From a virus: a DNA stretch of 64,000 bases. Position 1 is the first letter of the stretch. Each line of letters opens with the position of its first letter. The notes below the pieces were generated by a model. The model was not told the DNA's origin. It saw only the letters and a list, made by a program, of their open reading frames with translations, and made no database searches. The stretch is taken from IMG/VR virus record IMGVR_UViG_3300044644_001556. The stretch is one strand, 5' to 3'. The position numbers and the translations under genes are program-made. Shown here piece by piece: positions 39,469 through 45,167 of the stretch.

Positions 39469-40227
39469 CTAAGCAGCTAAATCAGCTTTCAATAATCTAG
39501 CAATTGCTTTAACTTCAATATTTACAACACCTAATACACCTAATGCGGCCCATCCGAAGAATACGAAGCCGTAGTGTAAAGGAGCAACAAATAATTCTTC
39601 CATAAACCAGAAAGTGTGACCCCATTCATTCAAACCTACGTTTGGAAGAATCATGAAAGGTCCAATTACTGATACCATGTACTGTAATGGCAAACCTTGT
39701 TGATAGGTTGGCAATCTTGTTTTTGCATATAAGAAAGATGCAACACCAGTAATGATATAGATTGGGTAGCTCAAATAGAATTCAATAACATGACTTGGAG
39801 TGAAGTCAGTGTCACGAACGATAGTTTGATGCCATGTACCATCTTGTTCTGTAAAGTAAGAAGCACCGTAATAAATTGCGATACCGTACATTACCAACCA
39901 TACCCAGTGTGTAAAATGACGACGTAATTCTTCGCGTGGTGTGATCGACATTACTTTACGATCACGACTTTTCCAGATATATCCCCATAATACTGAAGCG
40001 GTTACGATTTCTAGAACCATTTCAATATAAAGGAAGTTCATCCAGTATGTTTCGAATTCTGGTGCAAATGAGTCTAAACCAGCTGACCAACCGTAAACTC
40101 CTTCATACCAACGAACCCAACCGTAGAATACAACATAAAGTGCAGCACCAGCGAACATATTTTTTTTGTTTAAAAGTGGTGCTTCTGTAACTGACGATAC
40201 AACGTCTGATTTAATTGTAGCTGACAT
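39469..40227 (-). CDS. pmoC: particulate methane monooxygenase subunit C (auxiliary metabolic gene)
   Basis: GWSAGLDSFAPEF, EQDGTWHQTIVRDTDFTPSH, PNVGLNEWGHTFWFMEELFVAPLH: hallmark PmoC motifs with metal ligands intact. Confidence 0.97.
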   Translation of the reverse strand: MSATIKSDVVSSVTEAPLLNKKNMFAGAALYVVFYGWVRWYEGVYGWSAGLDSFAPEFETYWMNFLYIEMVLEIVTASVLWGYIWKSRDRKVMSITPREELRRHFTHWVWLVMYGIAIYYGASYFTEQDGTWHQTIVRDTDFTPSHVIEFYLSYPIYIITGVASFLYAKTRLPTYQQGLPLQYMVSVIGPFMILPNVGLNEWGHTFWFMEELFVAPLHYGFVFFGWAALGVLGVVNIEVKAIARLLKADLAA

Positions 40228-40289
40228 TATAATTCTCCCAAAGGAAATTTAAATATTGAATCCAATAAATTTGAATCATGACAAGCCAT

Positions 40290-40520
40290 TTATAATAACC
40301 TAGTATTTTACTAGGTTAATTATCCTACATTCTTCCCCTAGGTGATTCATACAAAAATAGCTTAAAGTATGAATCAATGTAGGCATCGATACTAATTACA
40401 TCTCATAAGATGTAATTATAACTCATTATTAGCAATCGATGGTATAAATCTTCCGTGATGGATTTGTGTCGCTAAATCGAGCTATTAATAAATGATTGAT
40501 ACCGTAGTATCAATCTATTA
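40290..40520 (-). ncRNA. structured leader RNA upstream of pmoC
   Basis: At least five perfect 8-11 bp stems, one capped by cUACGg; TATAAATA at 40526-40533. Confidence 0.6.
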
Positions 40521-40577
40521 GCATTTATTTATAATCTATTATAGATATTGTTTTAATAAAAATTTAGTAATTTTAAA

Positions 40578-41195
40578 TTAGCAATTCCATTTTTTTAAAG
40601 CTAATGCTTTACGAGTAGGTTTGCCGTGTTCATCCTTCATCGGACCTTTTACACCACCCATTCGTGCACAAAAGCTTTTACGTCTTTTGTAAGCTTTACT
40701 GCCTTTTTTTAATTTACTAGGTTTAGTGGTTACTGCAGTCTGTAATTTACTACCAGGATGTGCTCTGCGATAACTAGCAACACCTTTTGCATTTAACCCA
40801 CCATTTTTATTTTTGCCTTCTTTTCGAGTCCATGCTGCAGCTTCAAAAAGTTCTTGGTCACTAACCGATTCAAAATCAGCCCAAATTATTTCACTATCAA
40901 CACCATGGTGTATAGCTAAATTTTCAACCATATCTTCGATAAGGTCAAACATTTCATTGACTGTTGGATTAATACCGCGTTGTTCTTGACTCTGCAAATA
41001 ATCCCAAACCGATACTAACATATTTTCGGCATTAGCGATTTTTTCTTGAGCCCATTCTGGTAAATTTTCGTTGCGATCGATGGTTCGCATTAGACCTGAG
41101 GCTGCTCGAGAAATAGTTATTAAATGACCGTGAGCTGTACCAGCTTCGTCATTATACTCAGAATCGGAACCTTCAAATAATTCATTTAATTTCAT
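40578..41195 (-). CDS. late head-associated protein with C-terminal DUF6321-like domain
   Basis: MKLNELFE start; AAAWTRKEGKNKNGGLNAKG...RRKSFCARM...KWNC; ATAAATAT at 41223-41230. Confidence 0.7.
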   Translation of the reverse strand: MKLNELFEGSDSEYNDEAGTAHGHLITISRAASGLMRTIDRNENLPEWAQEKIANAENMLVSVWDYLQSQEQRGINPTVNEMFDLIEDMVENLAIHHGVDSEIIWADFESVSDQELFEAAAWTRKEGKNKNGGLNAKGVASYRRAHPGSKLQTAVTTKPSKLKKGSKAYKRRKSFCARMGGVKGPMKDEHGKPTRKALALKKWNC

Positions 41196-41249
41196 ACATA
41201 GTTACCTTTTGTTGTGTTTGAGATATTTATGTACGAAATTAAACATTTA

Positions 41250-41324
41250 TGGCTCCCTAGGATGGATTCGAACCACCGACCAGACGATTAACAGTCGTCG
41301 GCTCTGCCACTGAGCTACTAGGGA
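41250..41324 (-). tRNA. tRNA-Asn(GTT)
   Basis: Loop CTGTTAA, encoded CCA. Confidence 0.92.
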
Positions 41325-41341
41325 ATATATTTTATATAACT

Positions 41342-41453
41342 AGATTCTATTTATTTCAAATACTCTACCAACTGAGCTACGCGAGGCTTTAATTCACGGT
41401 CGGAATCGAACCGACGACACTTTGATTCGCTAAATTTTTTGCTGTTAGAATCT
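41342..41453 (-). ncRNA. circularly permuted tRNA mimic (YrlA/Y-RNA-like topology)
   Basis: T-arm precedes D-arm, acceptor stem closed by a loop, outer stem AGATTCTA/TAGAATCT. Confidence 0.7.
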
Positions 41454-41462
41454 TATTTAATT

Positions 41463-41491
41463 ATTATACTTGACTTATTCTAATATATCAA
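41463..41491 (-). promoter_or_regulatory. sigma70 promoter for the permuted tRNA mimic
   Basis: TTGATA-17-TATAAT, about 10 nt before the outer stem. Confidence 0.75.
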
Positions 41492-41568
41492 GCATTAATT
41501 ATCTCATTTGAATTAATCTACCTATAAACCTAATTCTACCTCAATTAAAGGTTGATATTGATTATAAT

Positions 41569-41658
41569 TGGTGGAAGAGAAGAGATTCGAACTCTTGGAC
41601 CCCTCTCGGAGCCGGCGGTTTTCAAGACCGCTGCCTTAAGCCACTCGGCCACTCTTCC
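41569..41658 (-). tRNA. tRNA-Ser(TGA)
   Basis: Loop CTTGAAA, long variable arm, CCA. Confidence 0.92.
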
Positions 41659-41671
41659 ATTTGTTATGTCA

Positions 41672-41857
41672 TTACAGAAAAGCTAAACTAATACTGGCGA
41701 TACCTTCAATTAAAATCTCAGTAAAATCAGATGAGTTATTCGATGTTTTTTGTTGTTTGGTATTTTTAATATGCGTATCGATATAAGATTTAACTTCATC
41801 TCGTGGCATATCACCCACATCAATATAAAATATTTTTCTTTCAATCACATCATTCAT
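41672..41857 (-). CDS. small hypothetical protein (start MNDVIER)
   Basis: AGGAG RBS; ERKIFYIDVGDMP resembles a segment of T4-like portal proteins; the upstream part of the ORF-track call overlaps tRNAs. Confidence 0.5.
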   Translation of the reverse strand: MNDVIERKIFYIDVGDMPRDEVKSYIDTHIKNTKQQKTSNNSSDFTEILIEGIASISLAFL

Positions 41858-41877
41858 ATTAATACTCCTAATATATT

Positions 41878-41951
41878 TGGCAGTCTCTACAGGGCTCGAA
41901 CCTATACTAACACAGTCAAAGTGTGTTGTGCTACCATTACACAAAGAGACA
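41878..41951 (-). tRNA. tRNA-Gln(TTG)
   Basis: Loop CTTTGAC, CCA. Confidence 0.88.
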
Positions 41952-41958
41952 ATAATCT

Positions 41959-42043
41959 TGGTGCGAATAGACAGAATCGAACTGTCACGCCCGAAGGCAA
42001 TAGATTTTAAGTCTACAGCGTCTACCAGTTCCGCCATACTCGC
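41959..42043 (-). tRNA. tRNA-Leu(TAA)
   Basis: Loop CTTAAAA, variable arm, CCA. Confidence 0.92.
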
Positions 42044-42051
42044 TTTATAAT

Positions 42052-42137
42052 TGGTGGGTAAGGTAGGATTCGAACCTACTCAGCCAAAGGCGACAGATTT
42101 ACAGTCTGCTGCGACTCTCCCACTTCGCCGCTTACCC
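42052..42137 (-). tRNA. tRNA-Tyr(GTA)
   Basis: Loop CTGTAAA, variable arm, CCA. Confidence 0.9.
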
Positions 42138-42143
42138 GATATT

Positions 42144-42220
42144 TGGTCTCCCATGAAGGATTTGAACCTCCGACCTGTCCGCCCCAAACGGACCGCCCTA
42201 CCAGACTGAGCTAATGGGAG
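42144..42220 (-). tRNA. tRNA-Pro(TGG)
   Basis: Loop TTTGGGG, C1-G72, CCA. Confidence 0.92.
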
Positions 42221-42236
42221 AAAATTAATCTTTTAT

Positions 42237-42626
42237 TTATAACAACTTAAGGTGCTTGGTTAAAAAATCGATATTATCTGGATAATCAGGCCCTATCGCT
42301 AAACAAGTTAGTGTAGGAATTCCATTAAATTCAGTTAATCCAGCATCGGTTATTAACTTAACATTAACATTTGCGGCTAATGTATTATCATAAATTTCTA
42401 ATAATTCTGCTTCGCTATCTACCGAAACACATATTTTTGTAAATAAGCCATTAATCCATTGTTCAAGTGCGTAATTCTCAGTAAGATTAATTTCTATGCG
42501 ATCATCATTATAAGATCTATAATTTAAAACTGCTCCCATTGACGCATGAGCTACTTGGGCTGCAATTTTACCTTTGCGCATATTAAGATCTTTACGAACT
42601 ACGATTACTTGTTTTGGTAATGTCAT
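42237..42626 (-). CDS. pth2: peptidyl-tRNA hydrolase, Pth2 family
   Basis: KQVIVVRKDLNMRKGKIAAQVAHA, KICV, DAGLTEF, TCLAIGP. Confidence 0.93.
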   Translation of the reverse strand: MTLPKQVIVVRKDLNMRKGKIAAQVAHASMGAVLNYRSYNDDRIEINLTENYALEQWINGLFTKICVSVDSEAELLEIYDNTLAANVNVKLITDAGLTEFNGIPTLTCLAIGPDYPDNIDFLTKHLKLL

Positions 42627-42641
42627 ATTTATTCCGTTAAT

Positions 42642-42728
42642 TGGCGGAAGGTATAGGATTCGAACCTATACAACGATTTCTCGTTGACGGATTAGCAATC
42701 CGCTCTATTACCATTCTAGCAACCTTCC
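42642..42728 (-). tRNA. tRNA-Ser(GCT)
   Basis: Loop TTGCTAA, long variable arm, CCA. Confidence 0.9.
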
Positions 42729-42742
42729 GTTTATTTCTAACA

Positions 42743-42935
42743 AGATACATTTTAATTTCGCCAATGAAAGTTTTTGAAATTGCTGTTAGTATCTTTAAAT
42801 TATCTAGATATCATCTTTCAATTATAAAATTGATATCTATAACTCGGAGTGAGTTTTATTTTTTTTAAAAATCCATTTTAACTAGATACATTTTAATTTC
42901 GCCAATGAAAGTTTTTGAAATTGCTGTTAGTATCT
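42743..42935 (-). repeat. two identical 52-nt hairpin units (AGATACTAACAGCAA...GTATCT)
   Basis: 42743-42794 equals 42884-42935. Confidence 0.9.
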
Positions 42936-42986
42936 AAATTTGATACTAAGAAAGTAAATAATTCACTTTCTTAATAAATTAAAGAT

Positions 42987-43015
42987 ATTATATATTAAGA
43001 TATCTTTAATGTCAA
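42987..43015 (-). promoter_or_regulatory. consensus sigma70 promoter driving the ACAGCAA hairpins and tRNA cluster
   Basis: TTGACA-17-TATAAT. Confidence 0.85.
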
Positions 43016-43356
43016 TCTTTTTTTTAATACTTAGGTTAATCTTTAAAAATATTAATTATAATTTTAGCAATATCTAACAGTCCGAGTATTGAAAATCGCA
43101 ATAATATTATGGGCCATCCGAAAACGCTAGCAACTCGCATCAGTTAAATGTTTTAATATATAGTCTTCATCGTGGAAATAGATCTGTAACATATCTTGAT
43201 CCGATTCGATAGTCCAATCAGCTAAATCAACATCTTGGTTTGATATATCTATATTTTCGACTGTTATTTTATTATTCATCTAATTTCTGCATTAACGAAA
43301 TATTTGGTGATTAAGGTATTCCTATTGTTAGGTTCTAATAAAACAGCTAGAATTTT

Positions 43357-44028
43357 ACTATCATACATCTCCACTAGTGGGACTTGAACCCACGCCCGAT
43401 ATTGTCCGGTAGCCGGCATGTTCATGCATCCGAACATCGTAAGGTCTACTCCTCCCATGGCTCTAACCAACTGAGCTATAGTGGAGATGTATGATAGTGC
43501 TTGTCTTTCCAAGCCGTCATGAAGGTCTCCGTTACTATCAATAATTGCCACCGCAAGGAATCGAACCTAGATTTACCGGTTTGTTAGCAAGTTGCCTTAC
43601 ACCATTTAGACGACAATAGCAATTATTGATAGTGCTTGTCTTTCCAAGCGGTCACCACACATTAAATATTAATAAAACGCTGATGGGATTCGCACCCATA
43701 TTTCAAACCGCGCTGGGTAAGTGTACTTCAAGTCTTATACGACAGCGTTTTATTTCTAATCTGAAAGTTGTCTTAAGTAGACGGTTCAGCTCCCCTACAG
43801 CCGTTGGTTACCGAGTCGGTGGTCGGTTGATAATTATAATATAACTATCAATAAAATGCACGTTACTTCTTCCGAAATATAATATCTTAAGCTACTATAC
43901 TCGGCTTTACTGAGCTTTCCCCACTTGCGTGCTTTATACTCGAATCTGTACGCGCGTAACATATCGAATAAGGCCTCTACTATCTTTCGATGCATTTTAT
44001 TGATGGTGCTTGTCTTTCCAAACTGTCA
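43357..44028 (-). ncRNA. three-unit structured RNA array with tRNA-like cargo
   Basis: TGACnG(C/T)TTGGAAAGACAAGC three times, each followed by a 15-20 bp clamp stem. Confidence 0.75.
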
Positions 44029-44390
44029 TATAGTAGCGAACTATAATATTGCTTTGTACCTATACGATATAACCGGCATGTATAGGCTTTTCCCAGTGAG
44101 GTTATCCGCAATTACTTCAGATGCCTTATCTCTATTGCGTGTACTGACAGATTATATAGGGGCGACCTATACCGCACACTTTTCACTAGCAACAGCGGGT
44201 AAATTCTATTAACTCTTAGTCTAATCCATTAAATGGCCCATCTTTTCCATAGGCCCATAATGCATTTTTTTCATGAATAGTTCGAGCTAATTTACGGGGT
44301 AAAAATGGCAAAATAGGATGAACTATTACATTATGAATAATGCTCTTAATTAAACTCATATAAACTCCATATAATTAAGTTAATATAAGT

Positions 44391-44530
44391 AATAGTGCCG
44401 GTACTGATCTCCAGCTTCGGTAAATTCACGCAGACTATTTAATTGTTTACCATTTAATGATGCCTACCAAAACTATTTGGGTCTATCATCCTCTGCGTTA
44501 TTAAGCGTATCAGTCTACGCACTAACTATT
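44391..44530 (-). ncRNA. structured RNA with kissing loops (CUGAU/AUCAG)
   Basis: Hairpins GCGTA-gactga-TACGC and GCTGG-agatcagta-CCGGC; own TTGATT-17-TATAAT promoter at 44538-44566. Confidence 0.55.
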
Positions 44531-44582
44531 TAAATATATTATACTATTATGTTGCGATAAAATCAAACCTTTTGTTCGAATT

Positions 44583-44912
44583 TTACCACCAATATCCACG
44601 CTTAGGTTTTTTTAAGATTTGAATTTCATAATCCGCATCTCTTATATATCGGTGTATTTGTTGCTTTACATCTCTACGGTAAGGTCGTTGAGCATATAAA
44701 TTATGAAACCACCCAGGACCTCTATAAAGCCAAGCACCCCATTTTTTATCGGAACTAAATCTAGCTACTCTTTTTTTATATTCATCACTAGATTTGTCTA
44801 ATTTTACCCGAACCTCATTATATTTAAATTCAGATATTGGAACCCAAATATATGTTATATTATTATATTTTAACATAAATTGAGCTTTTTTAAATCTATA
44901 AGTACGACTCAT
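44583..44912 (-). CDS. basic hypothetical protein
   Basis: MSRTYR...PGWF...YWW, a pattern typical of small phage proteins. Confidence 0.6.
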   Translation of the reverse strand: MSRTYRFKKAQFMLKYNNITYIWVPISEFKYNEVRVKLDKSSDEYKKRVARFSSDKKWGAWLYRGPGWFHNLYAQRPYRRDVKQQIHRYIRDADYEIQILKKPKRGYWW

Positions 44913-45088
44913 TTTTTTTCTCCGTTAGTTAAGTTAACTAATGAAAAAATACTTTTTTATTTTTCATATAATCTCCAAAAATAATAAGAAGTTCTATATG
45001 GATATATCCATGACTAAGCAATTCATCTTTCTGGTAATAGTTATATTACTTACGCACATATAGAACTTCTTATTATTTTAAATAGAAA

Positions 45089-45113
45089 GGCGCCGAATTT
45101 AATATTCGGCGCC
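45089..45113 (-). terminator. terminator of the FN3 gene
   Basis: GGCGCCGAAT/ATTCGGCGCC stem. Confidence 0.65.
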
Positions 45114-45167
45114 CAAACCACTGTTTTAAAAAATATTATATCAAATAACTTAATATAAAATCAATCA

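Noticed and set aside
38970-39500. ORF-track calls 38970..39164 (-) and 39315..39500 (+)
   Set aside because: They overlap tRNA-Cys, -Trp, -His and -Thr; these are translations of tRNA sequence.
43127-43315. Protein-like reading frame (LITKYFVNAEIR*IIKITVENIDISNQD...) with an internal TGA
   Set aside because: No valid start codon and an in-frame stop; at most a decayed small gene, with no support for readthrough.
43376-43479. Intron-containing tRNA or tmRNA for array unit 1
   Set aside because: The ~60-nt insert is far too short for a group I intron or tmRNA, and I could not reconstruct a canonical anticodon arm by removing a segment.
42743-44028. CRISPR array interpretation of the 52-nt and GGAAAGAC repeats
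   Set aside because: Only 2-3 copies, irregular spacing (about 90-350 nt), structured cargo instead of uniform spacers, and no cas genes.
41750-44212. ORFs 41750..42010, 42641..42868, 43276..43551, 43626..43844, 43925..44212
   Set aside because: Antisense to or overlapping tRNAs and the structured RNA array; no RBS or protein-like features.
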